This document shows, piece after piece, positions 51,971 through 64,000 of a stretch of DNA of 64,000 bases (the first letter of the stretch is position 1; each line of letters begins with the position of its first letter). Source of the DNA: Sphyrna mokarran (lineage: Eukaryota); the NCBI GenBank assembly GCA_024679065.1, contig JAGIQG010000028.1, positions 14,136,001-14,200,000 on the forward strand, read 5' to 3'. A program made the position numbers and the translations under genes. The notes under the pieces were generated by a model. The model did not search any database, was not told where the DNA came from, and saw only the letters and a list, made by a program, of their open reading frames with translations.

Positions 51971-52849
51971 CTAAGCTTTTATAAGAGTACTTCAAATTAA
52001 AATAGAGATAAAAACAAATGCTGGCTACAAATTCTCAGTACATCTCGCAGCATCCTTGAAGAGAGAAAGAGCTTTCATGTTTCTTTTGTCAATTCCTTCA
52101 GAACACTTCTATTAAAATAAATAAAGCTTAATCTCAACTTGCAAATGTGTCTACAGAATTAGCAGCACTCGGTTAAATGAAAACTACTCCAATTTAGTGA
52201 TTTGATATATACAAGCATGTGGCACTCAGCCAGTGAGTCCAGGAACCTAAGGTTCAACGTGTATTCTTTGCTGAGCTAGCTAATCTCAGCTACAGTCGTG
52301 GTAGTATACTACAATAACTTGAATTTATGTAGAAAGTTTAACACTGCAAGAGTATGGGAGGAAGATTAGGGAGTGATCAATTGTTCAGTTTAAACTTTCT
52401 AAAAATATGTTGAGATGTACCATGGTAGAAGACTTCAATTTGGGTCTTACAATTCTGGGATGTAATAAATCAGTGGAGGGAGTAGAGGGGCTGCACACAA
52501 TTGCAGGATGAGGCAATAACCTAGAATGGTTTAGCAGCAATGTACTACCAACAAGGATCCCATGCACCCCAGACATACTCTCTTCTCACTTCTTCTGTTG
52601 GGAAAAAGGTACAAAAGTCAGAGGCCACATTCTTGAACTGACTCAAGAACAGCTTCTTCCCTGCCGCCATCAGGTTTTTGAATGGACCTACCTGAGATTA
52701 AGTTGCTTTTTCTCTATCCCTAGCAATGACTGCAACATTACTTTCTGCAACCTCTCATTTCTTTCTCTATGTATGGTATGCTTTGTCTGTATAGCATGCA
52801 AAAAATGATACTTTTCACTATTAACACGAATTGATAATAATGAAATAAG

Positions 52850-54170
52850 ATAGGAACAGAAATAGGCAAATTCAGCCCTTCGAGCCTGCTCTAACATTCA
52901 ATCAGATTATGGCTGATCTCTTGCTGGTCTCAAATCCACCTCCCCACCTGTTCCCCATATCCCTTTATCCTGTTTTTTATTAGAAATATATTTATCTCCT
53001 TCTTGACACCATTCAATGATTCAGACTCACCGCACTATGGTGCAGTGAGTTCCACAAATTCACCACCCTATATGAGAAGTAATTCCTCCTCATTTCAGTC
53101 TTAAATCTACCACTTCTCAACCTATATCTGTGATTGCTCGTTCTAGATTGCCCCTTAAGAGGAAATATTTGATCTGCATTTACTCTATCAATCCCTTTTA
53201 AAATTCAGAATACCTCTCATTCTTCTAAACTCCAGCAAGTTTCAGCCCAAATTGTTTATTCTCTCCTTATACATCAACTCTTTCATCCCCAGAATCAATC
53301 TGGTGAACCTCCTCTGAACTGCCTCCAATGCCACCACATCTTTCCCAATAAGGAGACTAAAACTGGACACAATATTCCAGACATAGTCTCACCAACACTC
53401 TATACAATTGCAACAATACTGCTCTACTTTTATATTCCAGTCCTTTTATATAAGGGGAGAGAGAAATGTACAATGGGACCTAGATGTCCTTGTGCACGTG
53501 TCGCTTAATGTAAGCATGCAAGAGCAGTAGGCAGTAAAGAAGGTAAATGGTATGTTGGCCTTCATTGCGAGATGTTTTGAGTACAGGAGCAGGGATGTGT
53601 TGTTGAAATTATATAGGGGCTTGGTGAGGTCACACCTAGAATATTGTGTGCAGTTTTGGTCTCCTTTTCTGAGGATGTTTTTGCTCGAGGGATTGTAGCG
53701 AAGGTTTGCCGGGCTGATTTCGGGGATGGGGGAACTATATATGAGGAGAGATTGACTAGGTTAGGATTATTTTCACTGGAGTTCAGATAAATGAGGAGGA
53801 ATCTCATAGAAACTTATAAAATTCTAACAGGACTAGACAGGGTGAATACAGGAAGGTTGTTCCCGATGGTGGGGATATACAGAACCAGGGGATCATAGTC
53901 TGAGGATACAGAGTAGACCATTTAGGATGAGAGGAGACATTTCTTCACCCAAAGAGTGGTGAGCCTGTGGAATTCATTACCACAGTAAGTAGTTGATGCC
54001 AAAATATTTAATGTATCAAGAGGCGGCTAGTATAGTACTTGGGGCAAATGGGATCAAAGATTATGGGGAGAAAGCAGGACTAGACTATTGAGTTGGATGA
54101 TCAGCCATGATCGTAATGAATGGCTCGAAGGGCCAAATGGCCTTCTCCTGTTCCTATCTTCTGTTTCTAT
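52850..54170. mobile_element. Two CR1 3' fragments in divergent orientation, preceded by a Rex1-like tail (52530-52840)
   Basis: 52850-53445 (-) and 53465-54170 (+) both encode the LEYCVQFWSP region. Confidence 0.85.
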
Positions 54171-55630
54171 CATCCCATTTACTTTTTTATGATATGCTGA
54201 TGAGAAACCACTGGATATCAGTGAGGATGATATGTCAGCTAGATTTAGTGCAAGTTACAATTGAATTCTGGATGAGATTTAATTTGTATCAGGTAGAACT
54301 TTGGGAAGTCAGCTAATAGCATTTTTTTTAAGAAGCCAAGCTCTGGAGTGACAAAGACATTTTCAGCATCAGAAATGAAAATGCAGCCTTCAGACTTCCC
54401 ACTTCTTATCATTATCCAGTGACCCTGTGGAAGTCCATGTGTACACATACTGTGCTAACTCCACAGCTGAATTAGCTATTGATGTTCATTGTCCAGGTTT
54501 ATGCATGAAAAGATGTTGTAATTTGAGTTCTGTTTGCTCACCCACTTCTGATTATATCCTAGTTAAGTGCCTTCAGAAGAATGAAGAAAATAAAACATAA
54601 CATAACCCACAGTAAAGAAAAACTTTTGGCTAGGATCAAATGTAATATCGACATGCTGTGCTTGGTTGAAGTCATTAGTTTACATTATAGCTTCACCTGA
54701 AGCAATTTTTAAAAGCGGCATCTCGGCCTTTTGGAGGAGGAGCTACCCCTACTCCAATCAGCTTGGATCATGTAGATCAAGTCCAAGACAGGAGGTGAGA
54801 GTCCTGTCTTGTCAGCTTGGATCGGGAATGTCTCAACTTGTTGAGACTCTGAATTGGACTTGATTTGATTGAACTGGAATAAAAACAAAAGAAAAACTGG
54901 CCCCACTCTTTATTCAGTGAATGAGCAACAAATTATAACAGCCCTCACCAGTGATTTATAATGTTCTAGCATAATAGCAATGTAGGAACAGAAGTATGTC
55001 ATTAGTCCTTTGAGCCTATTCCATCCATCATTCAATAAGGTGATAAGTAATTTGCAACCTTCATGTCTTCTGATCTCTTTGGAGATAGAATATAAAAAGT
55101 AGAAGCTCAAGCAACCTGTCTGTAGAGTTGCAATGTCTGGTAGCGTTAGTTTTCTGTTAACACCCAGGAATTCCATCTTTAGCAATTGATCATGCGTTAA
55201 ATGTTTGACCATTGTTGCCTCATGCCCTTCTTTCCTCTCCTGTGCCCCCCAATGCCCAGGGTTTTGCCCTTCATGCAAAGAGCCCAAAGTTTGACAGTCA
55301 TGCCCATATTGCCACATGGAACCTTACTACTGGGAAGATGGCCATCCAACTGTCCATGGCAACCTTGTTTTTCTGCCCTCATGAAGCTGGGTATATGTCG
55401 ACCCTGTTCAGTGCCGGAGCATTGCGTATCCACCCACCTAGCTACCTGTGCAGAGCCAAGGACATCCTTTGCCAGGTGTAATATTCCCACTTGCTTCACT
55501 GACTTTCTCTAATGTTTTCTGCTTGCCTATAGTTAGTCAGATTTTGATAACCAGTCAGGTGCTTTAACAATTGGAAATTCCAACATTGTGAAGCTCTAAA
55601 AATAAAACAAGCTTTTCAACTATCGTAACA

Positions 55631-57156
55631 GGCATGAATTGGAGGGTGAGAGGGACTCCTGACCTATCCCCGCTTCGGCTGGGACACTTTGAAATTGACA
55701 CACTTTTTGGTGTCAGTACTTTTTGAGCCAGCCTTCCTCCACCTCCATTTTAGGAGGATCCTGGAATTTCAATCCCTAGCATAGGCACTCTATGGAGATC
55801 ATTTAATCCAACCCATGAGAATGGGCAGAGGGGCTTGACGGAAGAGTTTTCTGAGGAAAAGTCTGTCATCTGACGAAAGAGAAATGCTTTTCTTTCAGTA
55901 CTAAAGACAAAATAAAAACACAGAAAAGAAATATAATATGAATATAATTTATTCTCAAAACTTTCATACTATGAAACAATAACTCAAACATGGATAAGCA
56001 AACTATCTTTTTAACACTAGATTGTGGGCTCAAATTCACCTATGGCTAGAAGAAATTCTGAAACAACGATTGGCAAAACTGAAAAGGGTTCAATCCATAA
56101 ATCAGATAAACATCAACTTAAAACCTATAAAAGTTGCTCAGAATATTTGTAATATATATATAATAAAAAATGTTTTGTCTGTATACACTTCTTGTTAAAT
56201 TTTTCATGTCCTTTATCAATACTTACAATGGGCCCTGTTTAAGTAAACTCATTACACTGCATTTGATGGCAGAATTGGAACTCTGGCTTAGCTCACATTC
56301 CAACCTAACTCCTTTGCATCACTCTACTAAGACATCTTGCTACAATTACTTACAGCCTTGGTGAGATTGTTCCCATGACTGCTCTGAGACTTATGCTGTT
56401 ACCACTTCTCCAGCCCAGACTAATCTTGTCATGTGAGCTCACATTTGCACCCAAAAGTCCTTAGTCCCCCGTGCAACCAAACACACATGGCCTGTCACCC
56501 CTACCAATCTCTGCACTTGCACAAGAGTCATGTAGTCCTAGGCCTCAAAACACACAGCTTGAACCCAAGAATACAAATTCTCTCGCCATGTGAGTGTTGG
56601 CCGTGCAGACAGAAATGTCTGGACAAAAGAAAGAGTGCAGTTGTAAGCCATGTTGTTTTAAGAAGTGCTGTGCAGGGGAATACTTGGAAAATCAGAATGT
56701 GAAATCTGATGCCTGAAATTATGTCATTCCCTCTTTCTGTTTTCTTGGATCATCTTGCGCTGTTTCTAAGTTGGAGTGCTCCCACTTGTACTGATTTCCT
56801 CTGTCACATTTGTCCACTCCCGTTTGATTGGAAAACTGGACATCATCTGCCAACCTTTGGAAAAAGCCACCCCTCTGCAGTCTCTGAGATCCTCCAGTAG
56901 CATCTCCAAAAGTGAGAGCACTGATGAGCAACTTTCCCCAGTTTCCTCTCTGTTCCAGTGTTGCTATAGTCTGTCCTTGCCTTGATGCCTTAATTAGATA
57001 TCCATCCTTTGACAGATTTGGTGCGTGATCCCAGCTACTCTTCCTCGATTGGTTGAGAACTTGGAAGTGGAATTCTAAAGCTATGGCTCAGTTAAAGAGG
57101 CTGCAGAATCCAACAAGTTGCTATTTTAATAGGAACTAAGTTATCAAAATTCTGCC
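55631..57156. mobile_element. Probable decayed Harbinger-type element
   Basis: Ends ggcatgaatt and aaaattctgcc resemble the TIRs of other Harbinger MITEs in this window; no intact ORF. Confidence 0.4.
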
Positions 57157-57238
57157 ATAAATACTGTTGTTAGAAAAGCAAGTCAGAAGCTGGATACTCT
57201 GTGCAAGTGTTGTTGACTGAGCTGCTATTTTCCAATTA

Positions 57239-58557
57239 CCATGCAAAGAGAAGCACCTCTCTTCTTAACCTGTTAAAGAGTATGTGAAAAAGGTGATATC
57301 TGCGCTTCAGCAACTTTTGATGGTTAAATCAAAATAACTACCTGCCTCTATCTCTATAAAAGCAACAAGTAATACTTTATTTAGCTAACTAACAGTGAAC
57401 AAGTTAACTAAACTATTAATAAACCGAATAAAACATATTCTAATGGAATGCTGTTTAGATAACAATTATTTGCTTTCTACGTCCCTTTCGGGAATATTTT
57501 GAAAATCATAATTTGATTTCCAGTTCCAGGGAATTACTGTTTGACAATTTGCAGGGACAAACTTCCTGCCTCATGTGGTTGTCTGCAGATGAGGAAACAG
57601 TACTCTCAGTGCTGCTGATTTCTGGACAGGCAGAGACATTTATTCCTGCTAACATGAATAGTACAGTTAACACTGGCTGGAAGTAGAAATTATGGAATTG
57701 TGCAGGCAACACAAAATTGCCCATTGCAATCCCTAGAGTGTGTGCTTATACGTGTATCAAGCTCCCCACCCTCTTTGTCAGAGGATATTATGTAGAAAAA
57801 ATAATAAAGAGGAACATTTGAAGGGGAAGATTGATCTCCTCTCTGAGAACTAATACGCAACCATGCAAAAAGAAGTACCTCCCTTCTTAATCTGTTAAAG
57901 AGTGTGTGAGAAGGGGTAATATCTGCGCTTTAGCAACTTTTAGTGGTTATATCAAAATAACTCTGTAAAAGTAACAAGTAACACTTTATTTATCTAACTA
58001 ACTGTGAACAGGTTAACTAAACTATTAACAAACCAAATAAAACACTATTCTAATGGAATGCTGTTTAAATACAAATACCATTTGCTAGAACTTTTAGTCA
58101 CTCTCAAAATACAACCAGGTTTTATATTCTGGAATTTTCTGTCTCCTTTGCTGATTTATTTTGTCTTCACTATTGAGGTGAGGCTTTATTTTAAGATATA
58201 AATGCGCCGTGGTAGAGGCAATTGTTGTCTCTTATACCCCCTGATGACATAGCAACATCCCCACACTAGGATTTGTTTACAGGTTACCAAAACATCAAAT
58301 TGAAATCTGACAGGCTGCTGTTATTCAAATGCTAGTTTAAATTGATTGATTAAAATTCAAAAATATGTTCTGATTCAAATGCCTGAAGCCTGTTACCAAG
58401 GCAACACTATTGTTTTTGCCTCTGATACAATGACTGGTATTTTACAAACTCGTTTTTAAAACAGAACCCATGAAATGCTTTCTTCTCTTAGCATTTTACA
58501 ATTTATTTATAATTTTTACAAACACCAAATCCTATCATTCTATTCAAATTTGCAACA
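57239..58557 (-). repeat. Direct repeat of ~220 bp: truncated LTR (57239-57460) and solo LTR (57861-58557) of one family
   Basis: ccatgcaaa.agaag.acctc...tctgcgctt.agcaactttt...ctaatggaatgctgttt present twice; second copy extends to tttgcaaca (TG start on minus strand). Confidence 0.6.
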
Positions 58558-60340
58558 TATAGGACCTAGGAGCAGGCTATTTGGCCTTTCAAACCTGCTC
58601 TGCCATTAAACAAAATCATTACTGATCTGGTTGTGGTCTTACCTCCATTTCCTGCCTATCCCCATAACTCTTGAATCCCTTTTCTATCAAAAATCTATTT
58701 AACTCAGCCTTGAATAAGTTTTAAAGGCTCAGCCACCATTTCCTGAGGAATCTCAAAAATATTTTTTCCCCTCATCTTAGTCTTATTTTTAAACTATGCC
58801 CCCTAGTTGTATCTCTGCCACACAAGGAAGCACACTCCCAGTATCTATCCTATCCAGTTCTCACTGGATCTTATGTTTCCATGAAATCACCTCTCATTTT
58901 CCTAAACTCCAATGGGTATAGGCTCAACCTGTTTCTTCATAGGATAAACTCTTCAGCCCAGAAATGAGTCAAATGGATTTCACCTGAACTGTTTTTAAAG
59001 CAATTATATCTGTTTTTGAATAAGGAGACCAAATATTGTATAATGTATTCCAGAAATGGCCTCACTTAGGCCCTATACAGCTGCAGTAAAACATTCCTAC
59101 TTTTATATTCAATTCTTCTTACAATAAATGCCAACATTCCATCTGCTTTTATTTACTTGTTGAATTTGCATACCAACTATGTCATTCATGTACTAGGACA
59201 CCCAGATTCTTCTTTCGAATTCTGTAATCTCTCGCCATTTTGTGGACAGCATGGTAGCACAGTGGTTAGCACTGCTGCTTCACAGCTCCAGGGACTTGGG
59301 TTTGATTCCTGGCTTGGGTGACTATCTGTGCGGAGTTTGCATGTTCTCCTGGTGTCTGTGTGGGTTTTCTCCGAGTGCTCCGGTTTCCTCTCACAGTCCA
59401 AAGATGTGCAGGTTAGGTTGATTGGCCAGGCTAAAAGTTGCCCTTCGTGTCTTGAGATGTGTAGGTTAGAGGGATTAGTGGGTAAATATGTAGGGATATG
59501 GGGTTTTGGCCTGGGTGGGATTGTGGTCAGTGCAGACTCGATGGGCCGAATGGCCTCTTCTGTACTGTAGGGTTTCTATGATTGTTCTATGAAATAGTAT
59601 ACTTTTTTTTATTCTTCTTGCCATAGTGAAGATGTTCACATTTTCCCACATTATTTTCTATCTGTCAAATCTTCGCTCACTCACTTAACTATCTACGTCC
59701 CTTGGCAGACTCTCTACCTCCTCTTATTTTCTACAACTTGGCATCACTGACAGATTTAGCTACCATACATTTGATGCCTTCATCTTAGTCATTGATAAAG
59801 GTTGAGGATCCAGCACTAATCCCTATGCATTCACTAGCTACTGCTTGCCAATCTGGAAAATACCCATTTATCCCTACTCTCTGCTTTCAGTATTAGTTAA
59901 CTGATATTTCATCTGTGTATCATGTGCTTTCATCGTGAATAACCTTTGATGTAGTATCTTACCAAATGCCTTTTGGAAATCTAAGTATACCATTTCTATC
60001 AGTTCTCCATTATCTACTTTGAATGTTACTTTATTAAATAAACTGCTAATTAATCTCCCTTCCAGAAAACCATGTGTGCTCTGCCTGATCATATTGCGAT
60101 TTAAGTATCTTGCTATACCCTCCTTAGTAATGGATTCTACCACTTTCTATATGATAAGGCTAATTGGCCTTAGTTTCTTGCTTCTTACTTCTTTCCTTTC
60201 TTGAATAAAGGGATTATATTTTCCAATCCATTGATCACTTCAGAATCTAAGAAATTTTGGAAAATTATAATCAATGCATCCACTATCTGTGATGCCAATT
60301 CTTTTAAGACCTTAGAATGCAGGCCATCCGGTCCTGGAGA
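58558..60340 (-). mobile_element. CR1 LINE with HE1-like SINE insertion (59245-59592, +)
   Basis: ORF 59874-60143 (HGFLEGR...VYLDFQKAF); full SINE with A/B boxes and ttctatg tail. Confidence 0.88.
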
Positions 60341-61556
60341 ATAACATTAGAGCTTTTTTTAACCCACACCAATATTTTAAAGTTCCGTCACTCTCCAATT
60401 TTTCTAGAAACATGATGCATTGCTGAAACATGGAGCCTGATTTCCCTGCAGGGACTTCAGGACCCAATGTTGAAATCCCAAGTATGCACTTACTGGGAAT
60501 CTGAACAGCAGCACATTCTTCTGGGAGAGTGCCTCTTAATTGGCTGTGTCCACATTTACCGGCCTAACAAAGATGGTGGGCCAGCACCTGATGGAACAAA
60601 CCCAAATATATCTCTGAAACCTCAGCAACCTCAAAAGGAGAGGTGGACATAGCTGAAGCAGGTAAGGGTCTCAGAGCTTTTCAACATGAAGGCACCCTTT
60701 TCGGCCAAGTAAAAGAACTGCACTGAAGACTGCTGAAGCTAGTAGAGGGAAAACACCTATCCAGGCCTGTTTATAGATAGGGCTACAGGTTTCACTGGAG
60801 CATGGAACATCTAGCCTGACATGTTGCTGAAAGGCCACCTCAACTGATGCAGTGATTTCAGAACAAAGGGAAGCCGTTGCAAAGTCAATAAATTACTGGT
60901 GTGAACTCAAAAATGGTCCCCAGGTGGTTCTTATTTGGACTAATTGTCTGGAATGGGCAGCCCATCTTTGTTCCCAACTCACCTGTAGAAAAGTCCCCCA
61001 GAAGTAGGAATGGTACAGGGATCTGTCCAACTCTGCTCCCACTATTTCTCAGGCCTCCTGCCCTTCTACAATTGCATCTGCATGGGACTAGGGAAACCCA
61101 GTTCACTGAATTTATTGACCTGACTTTGTCTTTGATAGCACCTGGAAGCCAACATTTACTTTTTTAAATCAACACTTGATTGCTTGTGGTTTACAGTCTT
61201 TCAAAAAGACAACAACTTGATATTAAATTATTTCAATTATTGTTTTAAACTTTTCTCAAACCTCTCACAGTTCAAGTTAAATTTCCATTTAAATGTATCC
61301 CAATATGTATTCACATTGACAAAATACAGGAGTAGAAAGAGAAATGAAAAATAAAACTTGCTCAGAATTGAATAACTTTCCAAGTGTATTTTCCTCTACT
61401 TTTCTCTGGTTATTTCAATGATCTAAGAGTGTACAAATGAAATTGGGAAGTGAAACACAATGATCCTACTCATCCTATTAGCTTTCAAACTGATGCCTAC
61501 TGAAGAAAAAAAATGGTAACTCCTTTCAGCTCAACCAATGTGTGGCACTGAACATA

Positions 61557-61642
61557 TCCATCAAGATGGATGAGGAATAGTTTAATTCAACCCTCCAGAC
61601 TATGAGGGTTGAATTAAACTATTCCTCATCCATCTTGATGGA
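61557..61642. repeat. Perfect 39-bp inverted repeat with 8-nt spacer
   Basis: tccatcaagatggatgaggaatagtttaattcaaccctc-cagactat-gagggttgaattaaactattcctcatccatcttgatgga. Confidence 0.95.
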
Positions 61643-62129
61643 GATTTGTAATGAGAATTTTATAGACAGTAAGCGAAAAGGAAAAAAATGTATTCACCTT
61701 TAAAATCCCTTCTAGATTTGGAGTTCAGACATTCCTCTTTTGGTTTCAAGATTTCTCCATAAAACACCAGATGACAATTATTTAAAAACACATGTGTGGG
61801 TATCTAGCAGTCAAATTGTCTTTGTGTGAACAACTGGTTTGAGTCAGGAAAGAAACAGAAAATTTTGTGTGACCTCAAGGTCAATTTATCACAAACACAC
61901 CTCAACTGTAAAGAAAGAATGAGAATTTGCCCAGTGAGATGAGTCATTAAGTAAAAAACTACTTGTTAAAGAAGAAAAAGAATCCACCCACAAAGCTCAA
62001 TTTTTACAGGGTTTACACATCTGTTCAAAACTTTTATAAGCTAGTGATTTGGTCAGGATGTGCTATCATTATACAATAGATGGGAATACTTGAGTTAGGA
62101 AAACATCATGTGATAGAGATTTTGAGATA

Positions 62130-63245
62130 TTGGGCACATTTCTCCCAAGTCAGGACTAAGTGCCCAGTCCAGCTGGAAAACCAAAGTATTGCTCGCTGGC
62201 ACTGGTAGCATCTGTCAGGTGGGGTTCTCCCACCTGATTGAAGCAAATTTATGCATCCTGCAAATCACACTAAACAGCCTAGTTTTTCAGAGATTAGGGT
62301 GCCCTTTGTCCTGATTGCAAGCAGGCTCCCCTCTCCCAAAAATGGAAATGGTGACTCCTTACACTCACCAGGGGAAAACCACCAACCCCTCAACTAAGAG
62401 CAGCATCCTTCATCTCGCACTTAAATAAAGGTTAACCCCCCTCCCCCACAAACATGAGAGTGATCCAAACCCCTCACCTCAAGCCCTCGCTCAGTTTCTT
62501 CTCCCCTCCAGTGCCTTGGCAGTACACCACCTCCAGCACCTTGGCCAGGTACCTTAAACACCAGGTCCCCAAGGAATTAAGTCCAATGCCCATGTACCAT
62601 CCGCCATTGCCAGGCTGCAGCAAAAGGGTGTTCCAGGTCTTGGAATTTGGGTGGGCTTGGGATAGGAGCCAGGCATTAATCTTGGAACTGTCCTCTGGAC
62701 AGTTATTTGAATGTTTATTTGTGGCTGGACTGCTGTCCAGGGAGCAAGGAGATTATCCGAGGGTGATGTCTGAATTCACCGTCCTGAAACTTAACAACAT
62801 CCTCCCTAGGACTAGAAGAGGCAGTCCAGCCATGAGATTCCCATCCTGGGGAGATTGGTGAGATTAATCTTTTGCCCCCAACCTGAGCCCACCCAACCCC
62901 CAGGACACTTGGATACCCATCTTCTGTAGCCTGCTGGCAGAAAAGGCACTGGACTTAACTCCTTCACACATCCCCTCTTGGTGTCCAACATGCCAGATCC
63001 ACAATTGTACCAAAGCCTGGCCAATGAAGATCCCAGTGGGGATGCAAATAGTTAGAGGAAATTGAATTTGCCCTCAAGCCCCCGAATCACATTTAAAAGA
63101 AGCAATTTGAATAATTATTAGTTCCCACCCACTCTGGCCAGGAAGCATTGTGATGGGTTTGACACTAAGTGGCAAGCCCATTTTATGCCCAACATCCAAC
63201 AGGAATCCCGCCTGGAGCCAGGGGGCCCAGAGAATTGCCCCCATT
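62130..63245. mobile_element. GC-richer decayed non-autonomous DNA-transposon-like element (Harbinger type) with internal inverted segments
   Basis: Ends gggcacatttctcc and agaattgcccc; internal inverted matches such as gaattaagtccaatgccc / ggcactggacttaactcc; similar material at 60430-61100. Confidence 0.45.
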
Positions 63246-64000
63246 GTCCAAAAGCAAGAAAATTCTCATTACAAATCTCCAATTTTTCTATTTTTATGAT
63301 TATGTTGCATTTCTTGAAATTGTTTTTCCTCCAATTTTCTTACTTGAAGTCATTAAGTCTTGCTGATTTGTGCTTCTATGGGATGTAGTTACTCCCTGAG
63401 TGGCCATTGTTCATTGTGAGCCAAAAGTCACAGGCTATTTGATATTGGGGACAATGTTATTCAATTAGGACTACTCCTGACTTGATTGCACGTCTGCTCT
63501 TTACAACACATCTTGTTAGACCACCAACATTCAGAAATACGATGGCCAGCTGTGACATTTGTATCAATACTTGACTTAGCACTGACTTTGGGATGCCCCT
63601 GATTCACACCACTTAGCTCTATACATGCATTGCATTTATCTCCCAAAGGAAGTTATTGTGTTTAGCGATTTTAAGCAGAAATAGAGGGAAATAGCATTAG
63701 TGATGCTCTCCTGGAAGTTGCGTGTGCAACTCCTTTGTAAATTTACATGATGTACACAACTGGCCTTGAGTGCAGAAACTTCAAGAGACTTTATTTATGT
63801 TGATATTACTTGAGGACAAAATCAGGCTTGCTTGTGATGTCCCCTCATGTTTAAATAGAGTAGTGCCAACTACCATCAACATTCAAATAAATATTTGGAT
63901 GAGTATCACAGAACAAATGGCTGTGAAAAACATGTTCATGCAAGGCATCAGTGTTGTTCTGTATAGGAAAGCAAGAGAATCAATGATTATAAAGTAATAC

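Noticed and set aside
57239-58070. Direct repeats as a CRISPR-like or tandem array
   Set aside because: Only two diverged ~220-bp copies with LTR features; eukaryotic context.

Overview
Eukaryotic, repeat-saturated vertebrate DNA, most likely from a cartilaginous fish (CR1/HER1-like LINEs, HE1-like and Deu-type SINEs, L2, Rex1/Babar, RTE, Harbinger, hAT, Gypsy, Penelope-type palindromes). I found no intact host protein-coding gene; the supplied ORFs are TE fragments or chance frames. The main signal is between about 25.2 and 46.9 kb. After mentally removing the TE insertions, the unique sequence translates (through stops and frameshifts) into remnants resembling a negative-strand RNA virus of the bornavirus type: glycoprotein (2-4 pieces), matrix, nucleoprotein, possibly P, and most of the L polymerase (N-terminus, RdRp motif B, PRNTase/capping, methyltransferase). 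G is followed by a TTTAAAAAA signal and then M, the gene order of fish/reptile bornaviruses. The pieces flank a dead Gypsy element and part of L appears inverted. These assignments come from manual translation and remembered motifs, not database searches, and need tBLASTn/HMM confirmation. Coordinates of decayed elements are approximate.
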